From Styela clava (taxonomy: Eukaryota): a stretch of DNA of 64,000 nt. The notes beneath the pieces were generated by a model. That model saw only the letters and a list, made by a program, of their open reading frames with translations. It had not been told where the DNA came from and ran no database searches. Numbering within the stretch: the first letter of the stretch is position 1; each line of letters opens with the position of its first letter. The DNA lies in the NCBI RefSeq assembly GCF_964204865.1, contig NC_135260.1, positions 7,936,001 to 8,000,000 of the forward strand, in the 5' to 3' direction. A program made the position numbers and the translations under genes. Below, piece after piece: positions 21,787-34,468 of the stretch.

Positions 21787-23414
21787 TGTAGCGAATGTGC
21801 ATTGTGTAACTATGGATTATAATGTATTTTACCCTTTCATATTAATAGCATGTAATATTTCACAAACTAGGCCGCATTATGTTTCGCAACAGCGATAATG
21901 CATTCGCTCCATGTATTGCCTTTCTCGTTTCGACCAATTTGATAACGTATCGTTTCCGGTCTGCCGAGAATGCTCTATAATATTGTGCTTTTCTTGTTCA
22001 CTCGATTTATGACTTGGATCTGACCGTAATCTTACTGCATTAGGAATTAAGTGTATACAACTTTATCTGTATTTGGAATTTGGATCGTGCATCTTTTCAA
22101 TAATATACAACAATTCGACAATCATCATCGTGTGCTCATTATCGTCTGAGGGAATCCAGATTGGAGTCACATTCCATAACACGTGAAATTAATAACGTGG
22201 GAATCGAACTTTGATTATCTTTTCTCTTATTATTATCCATCATAAACATAAAAACACCTTACTATAAAAATATAAATATTACAAAACCATCAAAATAAAA
22301 AATTTTGCGTATTCTTATTTTTTTGTGTGTATTTACTTGTTACTAATCAATTGTTGTTTTTAGATATCATGAGTTCTTTTACTTCATACAGAATTTGATT
22401 CAGGTTCAATCTCAAGGATTCAATGGTTCAATAATTCTTCAAATCACTCATTATTCAATTTTCAGGGTTTTTTCTTCCTTATTATTTTTTCCAAGTTACC
22501 TCTAACATCAATTTTACGACCTTAAACATCTAATCAACTTCAATGCAATCTTTAGAACGAAACCCGCCATTTTTTTTTCCATTCTCAGTCTCTGCATTAA
22601 ACATCAGAACCGTTTTACATTTTAGGGTGTCCCTTCCGGTACATCGTCGCCATTTTGTTTCAATGTATCGTTACAATTTTATTTTCAAATGTTAAACATT
22701 TCAAAGCACCACGGAGACCCTTTGAAATTTTTTTTTCTTGTATTTTGATTTTTTTTCTTCTCTCTCGTATTTTCGTGCCCTCGTAAACGACGTATATTCT
22801 CTCGTATATCTTAGCCATTATTCATCATATCGTACCTTTTATTGATTCGTGTTTTTTGTTTTTAGACTTTCATCTCTCGGCGACCGGACTACAAAATTTA
22901 AAAAATTACCAAGTTAATTTTTTTTACTGTCGAGGGGGAATTGTGTAGCGAATGTGCATTGTGTAACTATGGATTATAATGTATTTTACCCTTTCATATT
23001 AATAGCATGTAATATTTCACAAACTAGGCCGCATTATGTTTCGCAACAGCGATAATGCATTCGCTCCATGTATTGCCTTTCTCGTTTCGACCAATTTGAT
23101 AACGTATCGTTTCCGGTCTGCCGAGAATGCTCTATAATATTGTGCTTTTCTTGTTCACTCGATTTATGACTTGGATCTGACCGTAATCTTACTGCATTGG
23201 GAATTAAGTGTATACAACTTTATCTGTATTTGGATCGTGCATCTTTTCAATAATATACAACAATTCGACAATCATCATCGTGTGCTTATTATCGTCTGAG
23301 GGAATCCAGATTGGAGTCACATTCCATAACACGTGAAATTAATAACGTGGGAATCGAACTTTGAATATTAGGGTGAACAGTCTTTATCCCTAAGACCGCA
23401 CTTGTCTCCCTATA
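21787..23414 (+). mobile_element. Internally deleted LTR retrotransposon (Gypsy-like, TRIM-sized)
   Basis: Direct repeats 21787-22214 and 22944-23364 are near-identical. The 3' LTR runs TGTAGCGA...TCCCTATA to 23414. PPT GAGGGGGAA lies just before the 3' LTR; 4-bp TSD GTAT. The 5' LTR lacks its last ~50 bp and the PBS; no ORF. Confidence 0.85.
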
Positions 23415-24150
23415 GTATACATTGTGAACCTAACAAGTCGTCGATGCGGAACTATACAGGCCCGTACGTTTTGTAAATCATTCACAAATGCCTGTAACGA
23501 GAAAAAGTCATGCCATACCTCGCATTTGGATGTGTTACGGCTACGCTATCCTGACCTAAAGTAACATAGCGCGATATCGCAATAATAACCCACACTATGG
23601 CTGAGCGACTGTGTTATGAGCCAGACTTCAACCCTCAAGTAAACTAGCTAAACTAAATATTAAAAACGCAATGCAAAATTCAAGTACACATTGCTAACTT
23701 TCAAAAGTAATAGGAAGAAATAGGATATTATATATATATATATATTGAAATGCAGGTCCTTTCTCCTTGTCTACTTCCTATTTCGGATCCGTATGTAACC
23801 GCAGCTACAAAGAAACTTGATCTAGTGTATCAAAGTGATGAATAAGAATAAAATAATTTTTGTCCTCGAAATAGCAAGTGCATGGAGGTTATCCTTCGTT
23901 AGGTCTTAGTTGTTTGGTCTGAAGGAGTTAGACCTTCATCTCACGAAAGCTAACGAATACACCTGCTATTTCGTGGAAAGAGATTATGTTATTCTTATTC
24001 ATAGTTAAAGTAGTTAAGTTCCCATCCCAGTCCCATTTTACATCTTCTTGAAATCACTTTAATAGAAACTTCTCATCGACATTGAAGTTCTTCTAGGCAT
24101 GTGATCGTTTTGATACTGCGATAGGCATTGTATGGTACTGACAATTTCTT

Positions 24151-27100
24151 TCATGCCACTCTGTCGACTTTTTTCTTGGCAATTTCAAGATCATTCGTTG
24201 TCAAAACTATAATTTTTTTTTTCTCTTTCTTGCTCCCCCAATCGAGGGCAGTTCGATAAATTTCAAGCGCTTTTCTATATCGTTCCACTGCTTCCTTGAA
24301 CTTTTCCATTCTCTCGTATCCGACCCCAACGTTCAGATAACAAAGTCCGTAAACGTGATGTCCAAGAACTTCTTCCCCAAATTCTCGTTTCATCAAATCA
24401 ATCGCATTTTCGTTTACTGAGACATAGTGTTCGTGATCGCCACAAAAATAATACGCGAGGGCTGTACAGAAGAGGGAACACGCTTCCATTTCGATACGAA
24501 CTTTATGAGTCGAACCTGGTATTGGTTTCTGAAACTCAATCATATCATACATAAACGGGATTAAGTGATTTCGGACAATATTCTTCGATTGTGTATATCT
24601 GATTAATGATTTTGAAATTAGTCTCAAGCCATGAACGCATTCTCTTATTCCACATATTGCTTTGTCCCCGTTGCCACTAACTTCATGCAGTTTGGCAGCG
24701 GCGTAAAATGCAACTGTAGCGTGAAAAAATTTGTTGTTGTTTGTTAATTCTTTTCCCATTATCATGACATCACTCAATTTTGATACGTAAGGTAGCAAAC
24801 CTTTGTGACTTTCTAAATCTTTTAAACGTAAAGAGGCCAGGATGTAACTCATCTTTGCCCAAGCTCCGTTTTCCGTATCCTTGTGGCATCGTTGAAAAGA
24901 AGATATCGCCAATTTGTTCCAAATAATTTTCCAAACTATGAGAATCAGCGGTAACATATTAAGGAATTTTTGTTTCATCGCTGGTGATATAGTTATTTCT
25001 AAAATAATAAAAAAATTGCTCTTCATTAATAAATAACACAATCAATTTAAAAGCAGGATTATAAATATTAATTCATATAAATTTAGCGTAGGCCTATATA
25101 TATATCATCCTATTGTTTTATGATGGAGATAATATCTCGACAGTAAGTTAAGAGTTCATATGTTTACAAAAAAGACATACAATTTTAAATCTTATCAACT
25201 GCTGTACTATGGTGTGGTGTCATCACTTGAAGCCATTTCACTGAGGAATGACAGCTCAAAGTTGTGTTGTGTTGTTGTGATATTTTGTAAAATTATAAAC
25301 TTCAGCAGTAATGTTAGTTACCTTCTTCTTTATATCGTTTGATGAATTCCTTTGCCGAAGTCGATTCCTCGTCGTTTTGGGATAGAATGTAAAAAGACTC
25401 TTGAAGGGATTTGTCGATGCATGGAGCAACATTTCGTTCAGTATCTCCGAGTTTGGTGCTTACATCTGTCTGTGTTGATTTGGTTGCTGCGAATCCCGAT
25501 TCAGTTTGAATCTCCATTGTTGAAACAGACTTTATCGTAGTTTGGGTATGGTTACTTAATCTCAGATTCTGTACAGTCTGAATGTCCTTCTCAAAACTCA
25601 ATTTAATGGATGTCTGCGTTGAGTTGTCTGAAAATGCCGAATCTTGTTTACACAATTTTCGTTTTAAAACAACTTCTTTACAGGTTTGCGTATCACTGTC
25701 AGTTGTTTTTAAACTTGTCTGAGATTTCCTATCTCTCGTGCAAGCGCCATCTGTTTGAGCTTCAGTGTCGTACAAAATTTCTACGGAAGTTTGTATCATT
25801 CTCTCCCGCTTCAGTGTCGGACTTGTTTGGGATTCAATGTCGAACTTTTTTAACGGAACATGTGTTGAAGGACAATCTGAAACCATTTAAAATATTTAAG
25901 GCTGCTATCAATTTTGGCAAATTAAATGAAGAAGAAATCTAGCTAAGATTTCGTTTTTTTTTCTAACTATATTTGTACGTATCAGCGGTTAGCAATCAAA
26001 GAAAAGATACGTAAAATATGAGTGAATTCTGTCCTTACTCGAACAGCAACTTTGTCCCCCACATCTGCTGTTGACAATTTTCTTTGGGTTAGTTCTTCTT
26101 CGAACCCGCCGCCTTGATCTGTTGTTCGTAGATTCTGCATTTTCAGAGTCTTGATAGTGAAAAGATACGAAACATCTAATTATACCATTTATACTAGCAG
26201 TTTTACCCTACAATTTATTGTTATACAGCACCACAAACAGAGCCCGGCGAATTACTTGTTCAGTTAGTCACCCCCATTAAATCAGAAAACTCCGAACGAG
26301 ATGTCGAAAGAGAATAATATATGGAATCCCAAAGTCTTGCTGTATCGGTGTAGCTTCTGTTTGAAATAGTGCTTTCACTTGTTTCACTTTTGGGCACGTT
26401 ATTGGCAAGTGATTTTAGTTAGTTTCCAATACGTTATTTTCTACAGCAATGTCGAAGCTAGTTTTTATATGCTTTTGGAGTAATGGTATTTAATATGATA
26501 AATGTTTTCAGTATCAAAAATATTTTTTGAATATTCTTGATCACACGATCACTGCAAGCAAGTATATTTGCTTTCCATTGGCCTGTGTACTGTATATTAT
26601 GGTTTCCTAAATTTCTAGCGACCGCCCTTTTCGACCAAGAATTCAATTTATTCAGAAATGAATTTTACTTACCACTTCCCGAATCGGTAAAGGTAAAACT
26701 ATCAAGATGGATTTGGAAAACATTGCTCGATTCAGTGTCGGTTGACGATTGTTCTGTAAATAAAATGAGAAATGTCAATATATTCAACATATTGTACTAT
26801 ATATGTTGATTAGATTTCATACTGGTATTCTTTGTTCAAAGTATTGAATGTGTCACTGAAATAATCCAATAGAATTGTGCTTACATTCATATACGGAATT
26901 AGGTATAATCTTAGATACTTGCTAATTCCAGGCTGTATTTCAAGACATATGATGAAAATACACCAGACCTGACTAAGAAAACTTAAAATTGTTATCAATT
27001 TAATTTCCACAGAACAGAAAAACTGAATAAATATTTCTCTATAAACTCAAAAAGGAGATCTACCGTTTTCATGATTATTTATTTCCTTCGGACTGGTGAA

Positions 27101-28584
27101 CGAGGGATGAACCTCACTTCGTCGGCAAACAGGGCGATTTCTCCAACTAGATAATGCTCCTGAATTGCTGCCTGAAATAATATGAAGATTAATACCAAAT
27201 ATAATTCAACATGCTTTGGTAGGCCTGACATCAAATCACATCTCGCTCAAATATCAACGTACCGTGGGCAGTTGCTGGAGCATGCGGGTATGGAAAAATA
27301 ACAGAGGGTAATCTAATCTATGTCATTTTTTTAAATACAAAACGCTATATCCCAGGGAAAACAGAGGATAATACTGGCTTTTTAGAATGTTCTTACATAT
27401 TTGAAAACTTGAAAATCGGATGATTTTATCACAATTAGGCAAAGCAATCCATGCTTACACTCTGGCTCCAATAATGAAGCCTACCAACAAACATCTCACT
27501 CGAAAAATCTGAACTACATACTTGTTAATATACTTGTAGCTGTCATTGTATTTTAAAACAAAATTACTGCTTGTCACAGACGCTTACTTGAAAAAACCTT
27601 TGCATTTTTTTCATATTATAACATGTCTCTTCCAGTAACTTGAAAAGCTAATGTGTTGGTCGCTTTTACCACGGCAAACATGTGATTTATAAGCATATTT
27701 GTCACCTTCATAAGGTGTTTTCAAAGCTGTCACTGATGCATCATCATGGTCAGAATGCCTTTTATTGCTCCTACTTGAACAAGACATAGACGACGAGCTT
27801 CTTCCACCTAAATAGAAAAAACGAGTCTCAAGTCTAGTCCGTTCCTGTAATTCGTGAATATTGCATTTACTTATTGATATCTACCACGGAATGTCTATTT
27901 TGTGAATATTTCACTCCTATAATATTCATTACTTGTGAATTTTAATGCTGCAACTTTAATGCTGGAGTCTTTCGTAATATTGGCTCAAACTTTTTCCAGT
28001 TTTTCCCAACATGATTCAGTTTGCTATTTGCGAATGCGATAATTGATATAGAAAAATCACTTTTTATTTGACTCCAACACTTTTGGCTACAGGTTATTTT
28101 GAATATCGGTAAATTTATGATAGAGAATACAATTTGCGTAGCCCACCTTGTGAAAGAAAAACTAAAATAATTGTTGCTTGTTTAATTCTATATATACAAT
28201 GCAAAGCTGTTTTCTTAAACTGTACTTTTATATTCCAATTTGATATCAGTTGTTGACTGTCAATCGGGGGTAACGGCTTTGGAAATTATATACGCATGAT
28301 TATTCACCAATATAAATATTTTCTATTAAAAAAATTATTTACAAGGTAACTACGCTATACACTCTACCAATTTAACATGCAACATGCTCACTCACATATT
28401 GATTTTGGAATCGTTTCTGAGTCACTTCCAGAACAGATGGCTTTCGGTGTTGTTTGTTCACTATTCCACGTATTGGTCTGTTCAACACGTCTACTTCCAC
28501 ACTGCTGTTCATGGCAGCGTCTGGTTTCTCGATAAAAGCGTCGCGCACACCCTGTATGTACAAATTTTCATACGAAGACATCAT
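24151..28584 (-). CDS. Disordered N-terminus, (T)QT-motif array and C-terminal TPR domain, ~665 aa (5' exon structure tentative)
   Basis: Phase-1 exon chain 28584-28392, 27807-27706, 27171-27064, 26753-26673, 26149-26039, 25876-25322, 24998-24151 gives 1998 nt in frame. TPR consensus GLCYLNVGVGYERMEKFKEAVERYRKALEI. Confidence 0.62.
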
Positions 28585-29025
28585 TACAGGGTATTCGCCA
28601 AACACTCTTCCACCACACGAACTATCATCAATAAAGTTTCATTTTAGTTGTACAATACATGCCGGAATGCAAAATATCAAGTACATTTTGTTCTTCACGT
28701 AACTATCTATATTCATGAATATCTGATAACAAAAACTCTTTCAAAAAAGCGGTTGTGCTTCTATTTGCGTCTTACCATGGTGGTGCTGATAACTTTTTAC
28801 GCTTAAACATACAATTCATATGAATATACAACAATTCACAAAGCAATCCTATACGCTTAATGAATTAGTAACCGAGGAAGGTAAAGAAGATGCATGTTAG
28901 TTATCAGACATCGACTTCCTCAACTACAACTCATTTTCTAGGAAAGGTTGCTTACGCCCTACGTGGACCGAAAAGGAGGCCGACAACATCTTTCAAGTGA
29001 GTGATTGACGATGGAGCGGTTTGAG

Positions 29026-30467
29026 CAGGGGTCACCAAACTTTTTTGACCGCGGGCCGGATATGACTCAAATTGTGTTGAAACGGGCCGGATGAATATTT
29101 TTGTCAATGCAATACAATAAATTCACAAATGTGGGGAATATCGCAGAATATAGATCGAGAACATTCTAGTGAAAAAAATTAACATGATTTCCATATCGAG
29201 ACAACTATCCTGAGTTTAGATGTTATCAAAACGTTGCTGTCATGAATTAGAAATGTTATAAAATCCGCGGCCAAAAATGTACGCATCACGTCTGCTAGGT
29301 ACCGTTACGTCGTCTTGAAATACCGCTTATAAAAACGACTGCCTGCTGTAGCTTGGAATTCTATGAAATTTTGACATAATTTAGATAAAATAAACAACTA
29401 TTATCTGGTATTTGATTTTCTCATTAGCGCATAAATTTCCCAACATTCGACGCTTTTAAAAATTACGCTCCAGTTATACGTAGCGCAAATTAATGATATT
29501 GTCTATGGACACCAATAAAATTTATATGGACGTGTGTATTTCTTTCCTAACTTGATACAATTTTTATGAAGTTAGTACAATCAAAACATCGTTAATTATT
29601 ACCCACAATGAACCACTGTCAAACTATCATGCACTCCAGCGTTTATTTACGACGATCTTTTGGCGGTGTCAATGACCGTTGCCAGAATAAAATCCTGAAA
29701 TAGTCTCAATATACCATAGATGTGACGCACAACGAAAGATTAGTGATTGATATGTGTTATTTTTCCATATTTAGTTCAGTTCTTATCAAAAAAGTAATAC
29801 AATCATTATGGAAAAAATTGGCCTGTCGGGCGGTACTAAAATTCCGATATCTCCGTTATTTCTTGACCGTTTATTATAAACTTGGTATTGTTTTCTATTT
29901 TTACTCAGATCTTTCCACTGGAGCAGTTTTTATTCAAATCGGATGAACTTTAATTTTTTTGTAACATACCTACATGAATATCCGCATTAAAGCAGTACAA
30001 AAGTTAGTGTGGCTTTTGAAATTGAAGCAGTAGGCGAAGGATTACAGTACTGTTAGCACAAAATGCACATTCGACGTTTATTTTAGCACAAAAAACAAAC
30101 AGTTCCGTCGAAAGCACGCGCCACGAGTGTTCAAGTGTATCGCAGAAAACGTTACTGCTGGAGCATTCAAAGTTGCAAAAACGAAGTTTTGTTTACAACC
30201 ACGACTGAAAATCTGTCAGGGTGACAAAAGTGTCTGAGCGGATGCGGAAAGGCCTATTATTACGTCACTTTTTTGCATCTTGCCAATTGGCTAATGTTCT
30301 TGGCCAACGAAATAAACAAGGACGACGATGCTCGTGAAAATCTCCCTTTGAAAAAAATTTAGCCATTTCTGTGTGTTATTGCAGACCGGATAAAATGACG
30401 CCGCGGGCCGGATAAAATGACGTCGCGGGCCGGATCCGGCCCGCGGGCCGTAGTTTGGTGACCCCTG
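29026..30467. mobile_element. Non-autonomous hAT element (1.4 kb)
   Basis: Perfect TIR CAGGGGTCACCAAAC / GTTTGGTGACCCCTG, CGCGGGCCGG subterminal repeats, flanks GGTTTGAG vs GTTTAGAG. Confidence 0.85.
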
Positions 30468-30867
30468 GTTTAGAGGTTTACTTCAGCTTGAAATCTAATG
30501 AATATCAACCAATTAGTTATTTTTTCTTGTGATTTCTCTGCACCCGAGGCTTCAAATGTTGAATAATGTTTTGAATAATATTATCATCAGGCTGCTACGT
30601 TTTAATTCGACCTTTTTTACTAGGAGGAAACTACATCCATGATGCGAAAAATATCGTGGTTACGTGAAATATTTTTCAATCAAGTTATAATTCCTGAATG
30701 GTATGCAGTAAACTCATGATTTGAGTTTGACAATATAATGATTCATGGATGCCATTGAATAGTCTCGGCTGTACCATATGTTTGGATCTTGGTATTGTAG
30801 TTATATGGGACATTGAAGTGTGGCTGCTGTAATAATTCTCTGTAATTGTTGAATGGTGGTTTATTTA

Positions 30868-31950
30868 CTAATTGGCGTTTTTAGCTGTGGGTTATTTTGT
30901 TTCTTAAAATGAAATGTTCATGCAAAATATTGTTTGCCAAATGGATATTTGTTTATCTAAGCTCTTTGTCAAGTCTTAAATCGAACTACAGCACTTATAA
31001 TAAAAAACGGTGTCTTCAACATTTACCTTCGCGTCTTGCTGCTCTTCCATGTCTTCTATTATTTTGCTGATAACGCTGGTAGTAGCGAGTTGAGGAACCT
31101 GGCGAGTCCGAATCATAACCCTCCCATGGCATTCCAACATGAGGAGAACCTGTTTGATAGACTCAGTGCAACAAAACTGTTGTTTCATTTTTACTTTCTT
31201 AATTATTACAAACTTGATGAGAATAGGGATAGCCCACCTCCGATTGATCCAACGTTGGAGTCTCTCAATTCCGTTTTTGACCTATAAATATTATAAAATG
31301 GATATTAGTAACAGCTCTAGGAATTGTGGCTAGAAAAATTAAACTTAAAAACATGTGATTTATATTTTTTATTTATGAAAAAATAAAAAAAATCTTATGC
31401 TGGAATATAACAGTAATATAAGTTCGGCACGTCAAATAGTCTAATTCCTTTAGAAAATGAATTTATAAATAAGAACAGAACTTACTGAACGACATCACCC
31501 TGAAATTTTCCTTGATATACAGGTCCCTGATAATATGTAGTTTGGTGATGATGTACATGGTGCTGCACAATGGTAGGATCATGATCTGATTCACCTTCTA
31601 CATAACGCGTATAGCTTGTGTTTGGTTCGTGCATTCCAGAAACAAAACTTGAATGAGCAATAACTGACATGTTAATCAAGAAAGAATAACATAAATACAA
31701 TCACTATAGATATTAAACCCAATTGCTATTATTTTTCTTGGATTTGCACAAAATTACTACACTGCTATCGGAACAACAATGTTTCCAAAATGAGTAAATG
31801 TTATAATGCTCGTTGTCCGGCACTGTAGATATTTATATCCAGTAAAGTAAATACTACGTCAACGTTATCTTGTTTACAGTAAATCGAATAAATATATTCG
31901 TCAACAGTCTTACAATAGTACGATTGCTTACAGAAATCCAATGAAGACAT
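30868..31950 (-). CDS. Small spliced gene (~134 aa) with a Q/Y/G/H-rich amyloid-like segment; alternatively the 5' exons of the downstream TPR gene
   Basis: Exons 31950-31932, 31663-31486, 31281-31214, 31149-31027, 30884-30868 join in frame (405 nt): MSSLDFF...HHVHHHQTTYYQGPVYQGKFQGDVVQSKTELRDSNVGSIGGG...TRYYQRYQQNNRRHGR. Confidence 0.5.
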
Positions 31951-33795
31951 TTGGGATAGGTTGGGAGCGTGACAAGGACATGAAATGCCAGTATTTTTCT
32001 GATTTGTTATATATATATTTCTTGTATGCAAACCCATAGGAAAAAATTCACGCTGCTCTTATATTCAACGAAAAACAAACACTCATATCGATCTATCCCT
32101 CCACCGAGAAAGTGGAAGTAATCATACATTTGTTCACAAATTATGGTAAGGCCATCCATTACACATGTATTATTATTCCTTACTAACGTATTTATATTTG
32201 GAGCAATCCGTGGCCAAGCCAAGAAAAAAAGGCCGCTTTCTTATCAGTATTTGCCACCCCTCCATCTGTTGTCTATGTTTTATTAAAACAGAAACTCAAT
32301 TTAACCGGTTTAAAAATATCTAACTAGTTATGATTTAACAAAGCAGCATATACCAAACCTATACTATAGGCAAATGACATCAAAAATATTCAAGTTACTC
32401 GGAAATCAAAGTAAAGTTACTAAACTTTTCTGTGCATCTCACCTATAAATAAATTAAATTCCTATACAAACATTTACACATTTCAAATTTATCTACGATA
32501 TATTTCCGGTCGATCAATTTTACGCTTATTCCCGGTTCATTGAATCCAATTAGTTGTCACAGAGTTGTGTGACGTTCACCTATATCAGCGATCTGCAACC
32601 TGCGGTTCGGAGCCGCATGCGACTCTTTGTTCTAGAAGCTCTGGCTCCCGTGATTCAAAGAGGCTACAGCAGCAGTTTTTTGTTCGAAGCAGTGGGGACT
32701 TAATGAAGGAGGAGATATAAAGCCAAATCCTCCTAACTAATCACACATCACAGCGGTCCCAAAGTGTTACTCGCGAGCGGTAAAAATGAGTCGCATTTAG
32801 ACGATTCAAGTCTACAATTTTTTTCTTTTCATAGACCACACTGTTAAAAATTTTTTTCCAAATTTACTAAAAAAAATGGCAGCAAAAGTACTGGCCCATG
32901 TAAAAAAATTTACAGGCCCTATCAGTAGTATTATGAACAGTATTTTCAGTAAATTTACAGAGATTGATGGTAGCAAAAATTACTATAAAACTGTAAAAAA
33001 TACTACTTTTTTGACGGCAGTAAACCTACCCACCAGTAGTAATATTTTTTACCTTAAAATAGTAAATAAAATTACTATCTCGATGGCAGCTACCTTACCC
33101 GACAGTAGTACCATACAATACTAGCATGATGGTAATTTCTCACTCGCGATAACCGAACCACTACGAGAGTAGCAAAGCTATTTACTAGCACGACACAACA
33201 GTAAACACACATATTACAGTTAAAATAAAAAAAAACGAGATTCTGGAAACGAAAATCATTTTATTACAATTGATATTTTTATAAAACCATAAATACACAC
33301 TGAATGCCTTTGAGGCTTGTAAAACAGTTTCGAAAGAAATTTCAGAAAATATATGGTCTACAGTCAAATTTAAACACCTATTAGGAGACGTTGAAGGCTA
33401 TCCATGCAATAAAATGAGGGCACAAGTTCTTGTAGGACATAGGAATTCTGTATGTAATGGATCAAAATCGAGTTTCTATTGGCACTTGTTAGAAATCTGG
33501 TCTATACATTTCGAGGTCTATTTATTTATCTCAATAGATCCAAATAAAGTCAAACAAGAAAACGTTTTAGGACTGGGTTGTTTAGTTGACAAACTTATTG
33601 TGAAATCAAATTTCTGGATACCAGGCTATGAGACGCTGGCAAACGTGACATAATAACGAGACTATTGTAAGAATTTCACGATTTTTTGCACTTTACTCTA
33701 ATTATAATGTTTCAAAATGAAAATTTTGGGAAATATCATGCAACCTATTTTGTAGCTATGTTAATTATGCAAGATAATTTTCAAGATAAGATTTC

Positions 33796-34234
33796 AAGGG
33801 GCGTGAAGTCGAAGAGCGGGAGTTTGAGGATTTTGGTAGGAGCATGAGTGGGAGTTCTAAATTTTGAAGCTTGCAGAGTCTATAGAGTTAATCATAGTCG
33901 GAGTTTATCCACACTTATGAATAGAGTTTGACTGGACATTTTTAAAGCTCATGAGCTAGGAGCAGAGTTTGCAGAAGTTGCAAATTCGAAAATGTTAAAA
34001 TTGATAAAACTGGACAAAAAGTTACACTAAAGCAGCTAGCATAGCAGCAGTCAAATCTTATAAGATCAGGGAGTCAAGAGTTTTAATTCATATTTTGAAA
34101 GAGTCTTGAGCAGGAGACGGAGTCATATATTTGCAAATGTGGGAGTTGATAGTCATGAGTGGAAGCCAGAAATTTTGTGGTTGAAGAAGATTACGGAGCA
34201 GAGTTTGTTTAAAATTATCCAGACTTCACACCCA
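33796..34234. repeat. Decayed MITE built of GGAGTC-like units
   Basis: GGGGCGTGAAGTC / GACTTCACACCC termini with scattered GGAGT(C/T) motifs. Confidence 0.55.
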
Positions 34235-34468
34235 ACACACAGCTAAATCATTTTTTATCAAATTAATCGATCAGCCAAAAGCAGGGCTGCGAACTCGAAC
34301 TTCGAAAAACTCTATCAAATACATGAACTCAAACCCCTGACCAGGGTAATGAACTCGAACTTGAGAAACTCAATCAAAGGCATGTGAAAATTTGATCGAG
34401 TTTTCACCCCTGGTCAAAAGTGATGTAAGCTGCAGTAACACCACCAAAGTTTACTTAAACATCAATTT

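Noticed and set aside
27760-27807. VQVG RHIM-like core in an alternative frame of an exon
   Set aside because: That frame stops within the exon; the phase-1 frame is the open one.
28545-28575. ENLYIQG resembles the TEV protease site ENLYFQG
   Set aside because: One mismatch, native genomic context and no vector sequence; coincidence.
29100-30400. Possible hAT transposase remnant in the 1.4-kb element
   Set aside because: No open frame or recognisable BED, DDE or dimerisation motif by eye; a tBLASTn against hAT transposases would be needed.
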